Virus record (IMG/VR): IMGVR_UViG_3300046804_000671
Location: 1 to 55,271 of that record
Strand: one strand, 5' to 3'
From: a virus
Lineage: Duplodnaviria > Caudoviricetes
DNA: 55,271 nt
Both the position numbers and the translations under genes were made by a program. This document shows, one piece after another, positions 1 through 9,534 of this stretch. A model generated the notes under the pieces. The model was not told the origin of the DNA. It worked only from the letters and a program-made list of their open reading frames with translations, and did no database searches. The stretch's first letter is position 1. Every line of letters begins with the position of its first letter.

Positions 1-3
1 GAT

Positions 4-609
4 ATGGCTACTACAGCCGCACCCTATGGCCTTCGTCCGGTCAATTTGATTGGTGGACTCCCGTATGCTGGATCTACCCGTCTCATTAAGATCGCGTCGG
101 CCTATGCTACAAACATCTTCTATGGTGACATTGTCGCCATTACCGGTGCTACCGGTACGATTGTTAAGGTTACTGCTACCGGTGCTGACGGCACGACTAA
201 CGCCTTCCCGGCGGGCGTCGTTGGCGTCTTCATGGGCTGCACTTACACCGACCCGAACCTCAAGTATAAGGTCTTCAAGCAGTACTGGCCTGCCAGCACC
301 TCCGCTTCAGACGCTTATGCGTATGTTGTTGATGACCCGAACGTTGTGTTTCAGGCTCAGGCCGATGACACGATGGCTCAGGCTACTCTGGGTGCAAACG
401 TCTGCGTTGTTCAGACCGCTGGCTCAACGACAACTGGTGACTCGGCTGTTGCGCTTGACGCTTCTTCAGCGAACACCAGCACATTCCTGCCGTTCCGAAT
501 TGTTGGTTTTGTCGATGGCCCGTTCTCGGCCGTTGGTGACACCTATACGGATTGCCTTGTTAAGTTTAACACGGGAATCCACTCATACACTTCGGCCACT
601 GGCGTTTAA
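4..609 (+). CDS. Putative capsid cement/decoration protein
   Basis: 201 aa, rich in Ala/Thr/Gly/Val, immediately upstream of the major capsid gene. Function is inferred from position. Confidence 0.55.
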   Translation: MATTAAPYGLRPVNLIGGLPYAGSTRLIKIASAYATNIFYGDIVAITGATGTIVKVTATGADGTTNAFPAGVVGVFMGCTYTDPNLKYKVFKQYWPASTSASDAYAYVVDDPNVVFQAQADDTMAQATLGANVCVVQTAGSTTTGDSAVALDASSANTSTFLPFRIVGFVDGPFSAVGDTYTDCLVKFNTGIHSYTSATGV

Positions 610-626
610 TAGGGGAGAATAGATAA

Positions 627-1550
627 ATGGCTATTTCTCGCGCACAGCTTCTTAAGGAGCTGCTCCCCGGTCTGAACGCGCTGTTTGGACTGGAGTATAA
701 GAGATACGAGGACGAGCATTCGGAGATCTTCGAGAAGGAGACCTCAGAGCGTTCGTTCGAAGAAGAGGCCAAGCTCAGCGGATTTAACGCTGCGCCGGTC
801 AAGAACGAAGGTCAGGCGATTGCCTACGATAACGCTCAGGAAGTCTGGTCGGCTCGTTATACACACGAGACCATCGCCATGGGCTTCTCGATCACTGAGG
901 AGGCCATGGAGGATAACCTCTATGATTCTCTGTCAGCGCGTTATACCAAGGCTCTGGCTCGCGCCATGGCGTACACCAAGGAAGTGAAGGGCGCTTCGAT
1001 CCTGAACAACGGATTCGATGCGAACTACACCTACGGTGACGGACAGACGCTGTTCAGCACATCTCACCCGCTGGTGAGCGGTGGCACGAACAGCAACCGT
1101 CCGGCGTCAGGCGTTGACCTGAACGAGACCTCGCTTGAGGCTGCGGTCATTCAGATCGCCGCGTTCACTGACGAGCGTGGTCTGCTTATCGCGGCTCGCC
1201 CGACTAAGCTGATCGTTCCCCCGGCGCTGATGTTCGTTGCTACGCGTCTGTTGGAGACTGAGCTTCGCGTTGCGTCAACTGGCGACACTTACGCCAAGAA
1301 CGACGTGAACGCCCTGAAGTCAATGTCTTCAATTCCGGAAGGCTTCGCGGTCAACCACTATCTGACGGACACGAACGGCTGGTTCCTCAAGACCGACGTT
1401 CCGAACGGCCTGAAGATGTTTGAGCGTGTTGCCCTTCAGACGGGCATGGACGGCGACTTCGATACGGGTAACGTGCGCTACAAGGCGCGTGAGCGTTATT
1501 CATTCGGCGTTAGCGATCCTCTGGGCATCTACGGATCTCCGGGCGCTTAA
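627..1550 (+). CDS. Major capsid protein (Mu gpT-like, HK97 fold)
   Basis: MAISRAQLLKELLPGLNALFGLEY N-terminus and RYKARERYSFGVSDP C-terminus are typical of this MCP family. Strong RBS (GGGGAG), biased codons and a downstream terminator. Confidence 0.9.
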   Translation: MAISRAQLLKELLPGLNALFGLEYKRYEDEHSEIFEKETSERSFEEEAKLSGFNAAPVKNEGQAIAYDNAQEVWSARYTHETIAMGFSITEEAMEDNLYDSLSARYTKALARAMAYTKEVKGASILNNGFDANYTYGDGQTLFSTSHPLVSGGTNSNRPASGVDLNETSLEAAVIQIAAFTDERGLLIAARPTKLIVPPALMFVATRLLETELRVASTGDTYAKNDVNALKSMSSIPEGFAVNHYLTDTNGWFLKTDVPNGLKMFERVALQTGMDGDFDTGNVRYKARERYSFGVSDPLGIYGSPGA

Positions 1551-1557
1551 TGGATTT

Positions 1558-1589
1558 GGAGGGGGAGAAATCCCCCTCCCTTTCTTTTT
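1558..1589 (+). terminator. Rho-independent terminator after MCP
   Basis: GGAGGGGGA-GAAA-TCCCCCTCC hairpin followed by CTTTCTTTTT. Confidence 0.85.
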
Positions 1590-1601
1590 ATGGAGAGATC
1601 C

Positions 1602-1817
1602 ATGAGCGAAGAAAAAGATTACATCCATAGAGATATGGGAAGAATGGAGTCGGAGATCAAGTCTCTTCAAATTACCCTTGAGGAAGTCAGAAAAGACCTG
1701 AAGGCGGTCAAGCAGTCCTTCGATGAATTAAGAGGCGGGACCAAGTTCCTGATGTCCGCAGCCGCCGCGTGTGGCGCGATGATTGCGATTGCAATCGAAT
1801 GGTTATCAAAGAAATAA
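1602..1817 (+). CDS. Small coiled-coil protein with C-terminal TM helix (XhlA/holin-like)
   Basis: GGAGAG RBS before ATG 1602. Heptad-like N-terminal part plus hydrophobic FLMSAAAACGAMIAIAIEWL. Confidence 0.55.
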   Translation: MSEEKDYIHRDMGRMESEIKSLQITLEEVRKDLKAVKQSFDELRGGTKFLMSAAAACGAMIAIAIEWLSKK

Positions 1818-1826
1818 GGATTTAAC

Positions 1827-2108
1827 ATGAGTATGGAATCAGACGTCAAAGCCGTAACAATTACAGGCACAGGTGTAGCCGTTAGCAGACGAGCGCGCGT
1901 TAGAGGTATCTTTTGTCACAATGGCGCTGGTGTTGGAACGCTGACATTTAAGGACGGATCAGATACAACTGTCGATATTACACTTACCCTCAACTCCAAT
2001 ACTCAAAATTACCTGCTGCTTCCGGGCAGGGGTGTGCTGTTTGAGACAAACATTAACTGCACGGCTTTCACAAATCTTACATCCGTGACCCTGTTCTACG
2101 AGGGTTAA
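1827..2108 (+). CDS. Hypothetical virion-associated protein
   Basis: 93-aa beta-rich ORF with RBS in the structural operon. Confidence 0.55.
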   Translation: MSMESDVKAVTITGTGVAVSRRARVRGIFCHNGAGVGTLTFKDGSDTTVDITLTLNSNTQNYLLLPGRGVLFETNINCTAFTNLTSVTLFYEG

Positions 2109-2109
2109 T

Positions 2110-2469
2110 ATGGACAAGGTTCGTAAGGTTATGAAGGAATTCAAGTCCGGTAAGCTTCATTCAGGAAGTAAGAAGGGACCTGTTGTCAAGAACCCAAAGC
2201 AGGCTGTTGCCATTGCTATGTCGGAGGCTGGTATGAAGAAGAAGTACGCTGAAGGTGGATCAACCTCTTGGGAGGGTTCCGCCAAGGACGAGGCTCAGGA
2301 TAAGAAGCTTGCCAAGAAGTATGGCATGTCAATGGAGCAGTGGGAGAAGTCTTCCATGGACAAGAAGCATGACAGGCAGAAGTCTGCCGTTGGCCTCAAG
2401 TCTGGTGGTGCCGTCTCTCGCGGTGATGGTATTGCCTCTAAGGGCCACACCAAGGGATGCGTGTACTAA
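2110..2469 (+). CDS. Basic protein with DUF6496-like N-terminus
   Basis: KVMKEFKSGKLHSGSKKGPVVKNPKQAVAIAMSEAG motif; YAEGG and KSGG...RGDG motifs. Confidence 0.65.
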   Translation: MDKVRKVMKEFKSGKLHSGSKKGPVVKNPKQAVAIAMSEAGMKKKYAEGGSTSWEGSAKDEAQDKKLAKKYGMSMEQWEKSSMDKKHDRQKSAVGLKSGGAVSRGDGIASKGHTKGCVY

Positions 2470-2687
2470 TGCCGCGCCTTCCCAAGGCTCCGTCAGCCAA
2501 GGGCATCAACCCTAGAGCCATAATGAGCATGGCTCAGGGAGATATTCAGGAGGCTGGTCCTACAGGCGCTCCTCCGATGCCGCGCTATAACGCCCGTGCC
2601 CTGCGTCCGGGTGGAATGGCCAAGGGTGGAATGGTCCGTGGAGATGGCGCTGCTACTCGCGGCCACACCAAGGGTCGTATGGTTTAA
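2469..2687 (+). CDS. Small basic protein with MAKGG...RGDG motif
   Basis: TAATG stop/start coupling at 2467-2471; C-terminus paralogous to that of 2110..2469. Confidence 0.6.
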   Translation: MPRLPKAPSAKGINPRAIMSMAQGDIQEAGPTGAPPMPRYNARALRPGGMAKGGMVRGDGAATRGHTKGRMV

Positions 2688-2688
2688 T

Positions 2689-2777
2689 GCCATAGTTTAT
2701 CTATGGCTTATTGCGGCAGGCCCTGTCTTGTCTCGCGTTTCCCGCCACTGTCGCTGAGATAGGATAGGGCCTCCCGC
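2689..2777 (+). promoter_or_regulatory. Two hairpins in the leader of the lysis cassette
   Basis: GCCATAG-TTTAT-CTATGGC, then a ~22-bp stem GCGGCAGGCCCTGTCTTGTCTC/GAGATAGGATAGGGCCTCCCGC with several G-U pairs. Confidence 0.55.
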
Positions 2778-2790
2778 CTTTAGGTGATAT

Positions 2791-3369
2791 ATGCCCCCGT
2801 TTCTGATTCCTCTGCTACTAGGATTGGCTCCCAAGGTTGCTGAATGGGTGGCTGGCAAGCCTGCTGCTCAGGTAGTTGAACAGGTCAGTCAAGTCGCCAA
2901 GGATACTCTAGGCATTGAGAATATCAATGACCTTGAGTCAGCTATTGCCAAGGACCCAGAGAAGGCTTTGCAGTTCAAGTTGGCGATGATCAATGCCGCC
3001 AACGAAGCCAGCAAGAGAGAACATGAAGCCGAGATGGCCGTTCTTCAGGCCAACATTGACGAGATCAAGACAAGACTGAACGACGTTCAGAGCGCCAGAA
3101 ACCAGACAATCGAACTGGCGAAGTCTAAGTCACCTATTGCTTGGGGTGCTGTCGTAGTTTCGTTTCTGGTTCTGGTCTCATTTGGTGCCATGATGTACAT
3201 CACCGCCAAGTTTGACATTCCAGTCTCCCAAAAAGATAACATGAATGGTCTGCTATGGACGCTAAATACTCTGGCGGTTTCTGTAGTTTCATACTGGGTC
3301 GGATCTTCGGCAAGCTCCGCTCAAAAGACATCAGTAATGGAAATGATGGCAAAGGGAAAGTCGTTGTGA
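2791..3369 (+). CDS. Holin (3TM/GTA-holin-like)
   Basis: Hydrophobic N-terminus, coiled coil, two C-terminal TM helices ending VSYWVGSS; overlaps the endolysin start. Confidence 0.75.
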   Translation: MPPFLIPLLLGLAPKVAEWVAGKPAAQVVEQVSQVAKDTLGIENINDLESAIAKDPEKALQFKLAMINAANEASKREHEAEMAVLQANIDEIKTRLNDVQSARNQTIELAKSKSPIAWGAVVVSFLVLVSFGAMMYITAKFDIPVSQKDNMNGLLWTLNTLAVSVVSYWVGSSASSAQKTSVMEMMAKGKSL

Positions 3370-3893
3370 GAAGTAATTTTGATGCGTGTCTTAATGTGAT
3401 TCTTGAGCGTGAGGGTGGGTATGTATACCATCCTCGCGATCCGGGTTCTTATACAAACATGGGCATCACAATCTATACTCTTTCAGAGTACAGAAAGAAG
3501 GAATGCACGCCAGAAGATGTTAAGAATCTCACAGTTGAAGAGGCTGGTAAAATCTACCATGAGAACTACTGGGAACCTCTGTCTTGCGATGATCTTCCTG
3601 CTGGTGTTGACCTCTCCGTTTTTGACATGGGCGTTAATGCCGGGGTTCTTAGAGGGGCCAAGATTCTACAGAATATCGTTGGAGCGCGTCCAGATGGAGT
3701 CATTGGCTCACAGACACTCCTTGCGGTGAACGAATATATCAAGGCAAATGGAACGGAAAAGCTGCTTGACGCATATCGAGACGCCCGCCTTGCTTTTTAT
3801 CGCACGCTCTCAAACTATGACGTCTTCGGTGGCGGTTGGACAAATAGAGCCAACATCATTTACATCGAGTCACTGGAACTTACCAAGGGATAA
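3366..3893 (+). CDS. Endolysin, glycoside hydrolase family 108 with PG-binding domain
   Basis: EGGYVYHPRDPGSYTNMGIT catalytic motif, FDMGVNAG, FGGGWTNR. GTG start overlaps the holin stop (GTGA). Confidence 0.9.
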   Translation: MRSNFDACLNVILEREGGYVYHPRDPGSYTNMGITIYTLSEYRKKECTPEDVKNLTVEEAGKIYHENYWEPLSCDDLPAGVDLSVFDMGVNAGVLRGAKILQNIVGARPDGVIGSQTLLAVNEYIKANGTEKLLDAYRDARLAFYRTLSNYDVFGGGWTNRANIIYIESLELTKG

Positions 3894-3895
3894 TA

Positions 3896-4579
3896 ATGAC
3901 TACATCCGGCACAACCAACTTCAATCCGCAGCTTACTGAGATCATTCAGGAAGCCTACGACCGTGCCGGTATTGTTATGCGTTCTGGTTACGAATACAGA
4001 AGTGCCAGACGAAGCATCGACATCATGATGCAGGAGTGGGCGAACAGGGGAATCAATCTCTGGACGGTTGAGGAAGGCACTCAGGTTCTTACATCCGGAA
4101 CAGCCACCTACAACCTTCCATCTGACACTGTTGATCTGATTGACCATGTAATCAGAACTGGTAGTGGTACGTCTCAGTCGGACCTGACAATTAACAGAAT
4201 GTCAGTGTCAAATTACTCCACCATCCCCAACAAGACAGCTACGGGCCGCCCTATTCGCATCTACGTCGACAGGCAGATTACCCCTAGTTTCACTGTCTGG
4301 CCGGTTCCTGACGCGTCTCAGACCTATACTCTGGTGTACTGGAGACTGCGTAGGATCGAAGATGCTGGCCAGCCCGGAACGAATACCATGGACATGCCGT
4401 TCCGGTTCATGCCCGCCCTTATTGCCGGTCTGGCATACAATCTGGCGCTGAAGAACCCCGGCTCTGAGGCCAGAATTCCCATGCTGGAAGCCGCCTATGA
4501 GAAGCAGTGGCAGCTTGCCTCGGATGAAGATAGAAGCCGTGCCTCGGTAAGATTTATTCCATTCGTGGCTATTAGATGA
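3896..4579 (+). CDS. Putative head-tail connector/adaptor protein
   Basis: WANRGINLWT, VWPVPD and GLAYNLA motifs of adaptor-like phage proteins; position in operon. Confidence 0.6.
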   Translation: MTTSGTTNFNPQLTEIIQEAYDRAGIVMRSGYEYRSARRSIDIMMQEWANRGINLWTVEEGTQVLTSGTATYNLPSDTVDLIDHVIRTGSGTSQSDLTINRMSVSNYSTIPNKTATGRPIRIYVDRQITPSFTVWPVPDASQTYTLVYWRLRRIEDAGQPGTNTMDMPFRFMPALIAGLAYNLALKNPGSEARIPMLEAAYEKQWQLASDEDRSRASVRFIPFVAIR

Positions 4580-4893
4580 GCGTTCTGTACGCAAGAGGCA
4601 AACACGCCTTTGGATTCTGTGATAGGTGCGGATTCAGGGCTGACTTGTCTGAGATGAAGCACCAGATCTACGATCAGAGAGATATCAATCTTCTGGTCTG
4701 TGATACCTGCTGGGATGAAGACCAGCCTCAGCTTCAGATTGGCAGGACGCCCATCAACGATCCTCAGGCGCTGTACAATCCGAGACCTGATATTGCTCAG
4801 GGGGCCAGCAGAAGACTGTTTGGCTGGAACCCAGTGGGCAATCCAGCCATCCAGATTACCTCATATTTGGGTACAGTTAAAGTTATTACTTGA
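4576..4893 (+). CDS. Hypothetical zinc-ribbon protein
   Basis: CDRC...CDTC; ATGA overlap with the previous gene. Confidence 0.6.
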   Translation: MSVLYARGKHAFGFCDRCGFRADLSEMKHQIYDQRDINLLVCDTCWDEDQPQLQIGRTPINDPQALYNPRPDIAQGASRRLFGWNPVGNPAIQITSYLGTVKVIT

Positions 4894-4918
4894 CAAAATT
4901 TGTTATGTAGTACATAGT
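4890..4918 (+). promoter_or_regulatory. Candidate sigma70 promoter
   Basis: TTGACA-N17-CATAGT in an AT-rich gap. Confidence 0.45.
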
Positions 4919-4954
4919 GTATACTCGTCTTAACTGTGACGAGTAGAGGAAAGT

Positions 4955-5227
4955 ATGATTGAAAAGAGTGGCGAAAAGTTCGCCGGTTACAACAAGCCTA
5001 AGCGCACACCAAGTCACCCTAAGAAGTCACACGCCGTCCTTGCCAAGGAGGGTTCTAAGGTCAAGCTGATTCGATTCGGTCAGCAGGGTGTTAGTGGCTC
5101 ACCTAAGAAGGCTGGAGAATCGGAGTCTTACCGAAAGCGCCGTGAATCCTTCAAGGCAAGACACGCCTCTAATATCCAACGTGGTAAAATGAGTGCGGCC
5201 TACTGGGCTGACAAGGTTAAGTGGTAG
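4955..5227 (+). CDS. Conserved basic phage hypothetical protein
   Basis: KLIRFGQQG...RRESFKARH...SAAYWADKVKW; RBS GAGGA. Confidence 0.65.
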   Translation: MIEKSGEKFAGYNKPKRTPSHPKKSHAVLAKEGSKVKLIRFGQQGVSGSPKKAGESESYRKRRESFKARHASNIQRGKMSAAYWADKVKW

Positions 5228-5240
5228 AAAGGATTTAGAA

Positions 5241-5456
5241 ATGGCTATGAAGAAGCAGAAGACCGCCAAGATCGTCAAGATGGCGAAGGGCGGTGCTACA
5301 AACAAGGACATGGGAGCTATGGGTCGCAATCTGGCTCGCGCCAAGACTCAGGAGTCGCCTATGTCAAAGACCAAGATGAAGTTCGCCTCTGGCGGCGTTA
5401 TGCGTGGTGCTGGCGCTGCGACCAAGGGAACCAAGATTTCATCAAAGATGGGGTAA
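5241..5456 (+). CDS. Small basic protein with MAKGG/FASGG...RGAG motifs
   Basis: AAGGA RBS, ATG 5241; shares motif with the 2110 and 2469 genes. Confidence 0.6.
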   Translation: MAMKKQKTAKIVKMAKGGATNKDMGAMGRNLARAKTQESPMSKTKMKFASGGVMRGAGAATKGTKISSKMG

Positions 5457-5460
5457 TAGA

Positions 5461-6102
5461 ATGGCGTTGACATATACGCAGCTTTCGCAGGCTATTCAAG
5501 ATTATTGTGAGTCAACGGAAACTTCGTTTGTCAACAACATTCCCCTTTTTGTCAAGCAGGCAGAGGATCGAATCAATAGATCGGTCGTTCTGCCTGCTTA
5601 CATTAAGAATGTTTCTGGTACTCTTACCGCTGGGAACAGATACCTTTCTACACCTAGCGACTTCCTTGCTCAGTTTTCTCTGACTGTCCTTGATAGTAGT
5701 GGACAGTATGTCAACCTAAACGAAGTTGACACAGCCTTTATCCGTGAGGCTTACGACGATATCACGGAACAAGATATTCCTCAGTATTATTCTCTTTTTA
5801 ATAATATTTCTTTCATTCTGGGTCCGACTCCGGATCAGAGCTATACAGTTAATCTAGAGTATTACTACGAGCCCGCCTCTATTTCCGTAACTGGAACAAG
5901 CTGGCTTGGCGATCATGCCGAAAGCTGCCTTCTGTACGCATGTCTTATTGAGGCTTACACATATTTAAAGGGTGAGCCTAATTTGCTCCAGTTGTACGAT
6001 ACAAAGTACAAGGAGAACCTTGCCAGACTTAAGAATCTTGGTGAAGGTTACAACAATAGAGACAACTTCCGCAGAAGGGACTTCAGCGTACCTGTTACAT
6101 GA
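5461..6102 (+). CDS. Putative head-tail adaptor / tail tubular protein A-like
   Basis: TYTQLSQAIQDY, LGPTPD and LLYACLIEAYTYLK motifs; start at MALTY. Confidence 0.65.
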   Translation: MALTYTQLSQAIQDYCESTETSFVNNIPLFVKQAEDRINRSVVLPAYIKNVSGTLTAGNRYLSTPSDFLAQFSLTVLDSSGQYVNLNEVDTAFIREAYDDITEQDIPQYYSLFNNISFILGPTPDQSYTVNLEYYYEPASISVTGTSWLGDHAESCLLYACLIEAYTYLKGEPNLLQLYDTKYKENLARLKNLGEGYNNRDNFRRRDFSVPVT

Positions 6103-6377
6103 TCACACCAATCATCGGAAATATTAAGGTCTATACGACCAACAATCGTGGTCACAATGCTCAGGAGCTTACAGAAATGCTTCTGGACAAGATCATCTCG
6201 GTGTCTGACACCGCACCGCAGCCTATCAGAGATCAGGCTGTCCAGTACAAGGATATGATAGGAAAGATCATTCTCTGGTACATGGAAACTGCAATTAGAA
6301 ATGACAGAGAAACAGTCTGTCAGAAGCTGGTTGCTGTAGGCCAAACAGAAGCTGCATCCCTAATCAAGAAGATTTAA
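6099..6377 (+). CDS. Hypothetical protein
   Basis: ATGA overlap; followed by a terminator. Confidence 0.6.
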   Translation: MITPIIGNIKVYTTNNRGHNAQELTEMLLDKIISVSDTAPQPIRDQAVQYKDMIGKIILWYMETAIRNDRETVCQKLVAVGQTEAASLIKKI

Positions 6378-6380
6378 TAC

Positions 6381-6407
6381 AAGCCGCCTTCGGGCGGCTT
6401 TTTATTT
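6381..6407 (+). terminator. Rho-independent terminator
   Basis: AAGCCGCC-TTCG-GGCGGCTT followed by TTTATTT. Confidence 0.85.
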
Positions 6408-6417
6408 GGAGAACAAA

Positions 6418-6855
6418 ATGGCAATTACTCAAGCTATGTGTACCTCTTTTAAGAAGCAGCTTATGGAGGCAGAGCATAACTTCAAGTCAACGGGTGGAAG
6501 CACATTCAAGATCGCGCTGTACACTTCATCCGCCACACTTGATTCATCAACGACCGCCTACACCACCTCAAATGAGGTTGTTGGTACTGGATATACTGCT
6601 GGCGGAAATACGCTAACAAATATCTCGCCTACATCAAGCGGAACAACAGCGTTTGTAGATTTTAATGATGTCACATGGACAACCGCCACAATCACTGCTC
6701 GCGGTGCCATGATTTACAATTCAAGTTCTACAAACTACACAAATCCTTCTGTTTGCATCCTTGACTTTGGAACAGACAAGTCATCGTCGTCAGGTAATTT
6801 TACAATTCAGTTCCCAACGCCGGATGCTTCTAACGCAATTATCAGGATTGCTTAA
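6418..6855 (+). CDS. Tail-associated structural protein
   Basis: MAITQAMCTSFK...FKIALYTS...LDFG; GGAGA RBS; directly upstream of the fibre gene. Confidence 0.6.
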   Translation: MAITQAMCTSFKKQLMEAEHNFKSTGGSTFKIALYTSSATLDSSTTAYTTSNEVVGTGYTAGGNTLTNISPTSSGTTAFVDFNDVTWTTATITARGAMIYNSSSTNYTNPSVCILDFGTDKSSSSGNFTIQFPTPDASNAIIRIA

Positions 6856-9530
6856 TGTCTCTTGTTCTTGCCGACAGAGTACTTGAAACATCAGCTACAA
6901 CAGGAACCGGCAGCTTTACGCTTGCTGGTCCTGTAACTGGTTTTCAGTCGTTTAATACTGCAATCGGCAATGGGAACACAACTTACTATACTATTGAATG
7001 TCCCGCAACTGGAGAGTGGGAGGTTGGTCTTGGAACTTTCACCTCCCCCTCCACCCTTGCTAGAACGCAAGTATATTCCTCTTCAAACGCAGGTTCCGCT
7101 GTAAATTTCTCCGCTGGAGGAAAAAACGTCTTTGTTGATATGTCTGCAACAAAGTGGTCTGGCGGTAAGCTTGCGCTTGCAAATGGTGGTACAAACGCAG
7201 ACCTTTCTTCAACAGGCGGAACCTCTCAGGTTCTTCAGCAGTCAAGTGCTGGAGCGGCAATTACAGTCGGGCAGCTTTCTGCAAGCAATCTAAGCAACGG
7301 CACCACAGGATCTGGGTCGGTGGTTCTGTCCACCAGCCCGACTTTGACGACGCCTAACTTCAGCAGCATCGTCAATACCGGCACGCTCACCCTGCCAACG
7401 TCCACCGATACGCTTGTCGGTCGCGCAACTAGCGACACGCTGACCAACAAGTCGATCAGTGGCAGCACCAACACGCTGACCAACATCGGTAACTCCTCGC
7501 TAACCAATTCGTCTGTCACGATCAACGGATCGAGCGTCTCGCTCGGCGGCAGCGTCACGGTGACCGCTGCCGCGTCGTCAATCACGGTCGGCACGACCAC
7601 AGTTGGCAGCGGAACCAGCGGCTACATCCTCTACAACAACGGCGGGACGCTCGGGAACCTGTCTACCACCGGCACAGCAGGATCGGTGGTGCTGTCGGCG
7701 TCTCCGACGTTGAGCGGAACCGTAGGCGGCGCACTGACCTTTAGCGGCGCTCTTACGCTTTCAAGCGCCCTCACCTACGGCGGCGTCACCCTGTCCAACT
7801 CGGTGACCGGCACCGGGAGCATGGTGCTGAGTGCATCGCCGACGCTCACCGGCACCCTCACCGTGACGAGCGCAGCGGTCTATGGCTTCCCGCTGGTCGT
7901 CTCCAAGGGAGCCTATGGCGGCGGCATCCGCATCACCACGACCACGAGCAACAATTCCGAATTTCAGATGTACGACACCACGGCGGGTGGTTTCGGGTTC
8001 TTTGCTGATAGCGCGGCAAGCGGGAGGTTCAATCTTTATGGCGTGAGCAGCGGCGGTGCCTATGTGGCTACATGGCTGACGGCCAGTGCCTCGGGCATGA
8101 CACTGCCGAACGCCCTGACCTACGGCGGCGTAACGCTGGCGAACAGCGTAACCGGCACTGGGAGCATGGTGCTGTCCACCAGTCCGTCGTTCGGCGGGAC
8201 TGTCGTGTTTAGCTCGATGACCGGCAGCAATCTCTACACGACCGCTGGCGTCATGCAGATGAGCCGCGATAGCTCGACGGGCGGCGGCCTGCTGTTCATC
8301 GACTCGGCGGCGGGCGGACAGAACTGGCAGGCTGGCCCCGGCTCGGGCACGGGCAACAAGGATTACTGGGGCCTCTACAACTTCGGCACGACCACGACCG
8401 TGCTGAACATTGGCAAGACCGGCGATGTGAACGCGGGGTCTTCGTTCGTTGCCCCGTACTTTAGCGCCAGCAGTGCATACCAATTTAGCGGTGCCAATGT
8501 GCTGCTGCGGACCAGCGGCTACACGGTCCTGTACGACGGCTCGACGCGCCAGAACCTGTTCCTCGGCAACACCAGTGATCCGACCAACTACTACCGGAAC
8601 ACCACCCACTTCTTCCAGACCGTGGGCGGCGCGGCCAACATCCTGAGCATGACAGGCACGTTGGCGACGTTCGCGGTGCCTCTCAACTACGGCGGCGTCA
8701 CCCTCGCCAACAGTGTCACCGGCACTGGGAGCATGGTGCTGTCGGCGTCTCCGACGCTGACGGGGACATTAGTAACATCACATACACAAGCCACCGGCAC
8801 AGGTAACGATTTTTATAACTGTGGATTTGAAACAATAGGCAATGGTGTCACAAATACTGTATATCCCGGAGTTGGATTCCATCAGCCCGGAGTCTTTGCC
8901 TCAAGTATTCAATTGCGCGGTGGAGGAGATTTTAGATTCTACTCGCAGGGCGCTGCATCATATGCAAACATTACTGCTGCGGCGGGTACATTTACCAGCA
9001 CTCTAACTTCCAATTCGTATGTGTATAGCAACACCGGAACTGGCGCGATGGCGCGCTTTGTGTTGCAGAATACAAACCGCAGTTGGTCGATTTCGAATTA
9101 CGGGACGACATACACGCCCAATGGCGCGTTCGTTATAGCCGACGAGACGGCGGGCGCTGTCCGCATGACCATCGACACCAGCGGCAACTTTATCTTCGGT
9201 TCTGCCACTCTTGCCGCGCCTTCCACAGCAGCCCCGCTGGCAATGGCGCGCTGCTGGGTCAATTTCAACGGCTCGTCGGGCGCGGTCACCAGTTCGTTGA
9301 ACGTGTCCAGCGTTACACGCTCTGGTTCGGGTCTATACACCGTCAACATGACGACTGCCGCGCCAAACACCACATACGCGCGATTTGCTTCAGCATATGG
9401 TGGTCCCGGCGTGTTTTCCGGCGTTGACTGGAGCGGAGCATCTACGTCAGCGTTCAACGTTTATACAGCAAACACAGTAACTCAAGCATATCAAGACGCC
9501 AACCCAGTATACGCACTAGCATTTTGGTGA
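6855..9530 (+). CDS. Tail fibre protein 1 (modular)
   Basis: 891 aa, S/T/G-rich; LADRVLETSATTGTG N-terminal anchor, YGGVTLxNSVTGTGSMVLS repeats, ARCWVNFNG C-terminal tip domain. Confidence 0.85.
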   Translation: MSLVLADRVLETSATTGTGSFTLAGPVTGFQSFNTAIGNGNTTYYTIECPATGEWEVGLGTFTSPSTLARTQVYSSSNAGSAVNFSAGGKNVFVDMSATKWSGGKLALANGGTNADLSSTGGTSQVLQQSSAGAAITVGQLSASNLSNGTTGSGSVVLSTSPTLTTPNFSSIVNTGTLTLPTSTDTLVGRATSDTLTNKSISGSTNTLTNIGNSSLTNSSVTINGSSVSLGGSVTVTAAASSITVGTTTVGSGTSGYILYNNGGTLGNLSTTGTAGSVVLSASPTLSGTVGGALTFSGALTLSSALTYGGVTLSNSVTGTGSMVLSASPTLTGTLTVTSAAVYGFPLVVSKGAYGGGIRITTTTSNNSEFQMYDTTAGGFGFFADSAASGRFNLYGVSSGGAYVATWLTASASGMTLPNALTYGGVTLANSVTGTGSMVLSTSPSFGGTVVFSSMTGSNLYTTAGVMQMSRDSSTGGGLLFIDSAAGGQNWQAGPGSGTGNKDYWGLYNFGTTTTVLNIGKTGDVNAGSSFVAPYFSASSAYQFSGANVLLRTSGYTVLYDGSTRQNLFLGNTSDPTNYYRNTTHFFQTVGGAANILSMTGTLATFAVPLNYGGVTLANSVTGTGSMVLSASPTLTGTLVTSHTQATGTGNDFYNCGFETIGNGVTNTVYPGVGFHQPGVFASSIQLRGGGDFRFYSQGAASYANITAAAGTFTSTLTSNSYVYSNTGTGAMARFVLQNTNRSWSISNYGTTYTPNGAFVIADETAGAVRMTIDTSGNFIFGSATLAAPSTAAPLAMARCWVNFNGSSGAVTSSLNVSSVTRSGSGLYTVNMTTAAPNTTYARFASAYGGPGVFSGVDWSGASTSAFNVYTANTVTQAYQDANPVYALAFW

Positions 9531-9534
9531 GAAT

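Noticed and set aside
7761-8609. Long antisense or alternate-frame ORFs (also 18697..19248, 26937..27806, 38623..39435, 48911..49993, 50213..51064)
   Set aside because: They shadow well-supported genes, have no recognisable motifs, and are expected from codon bias.
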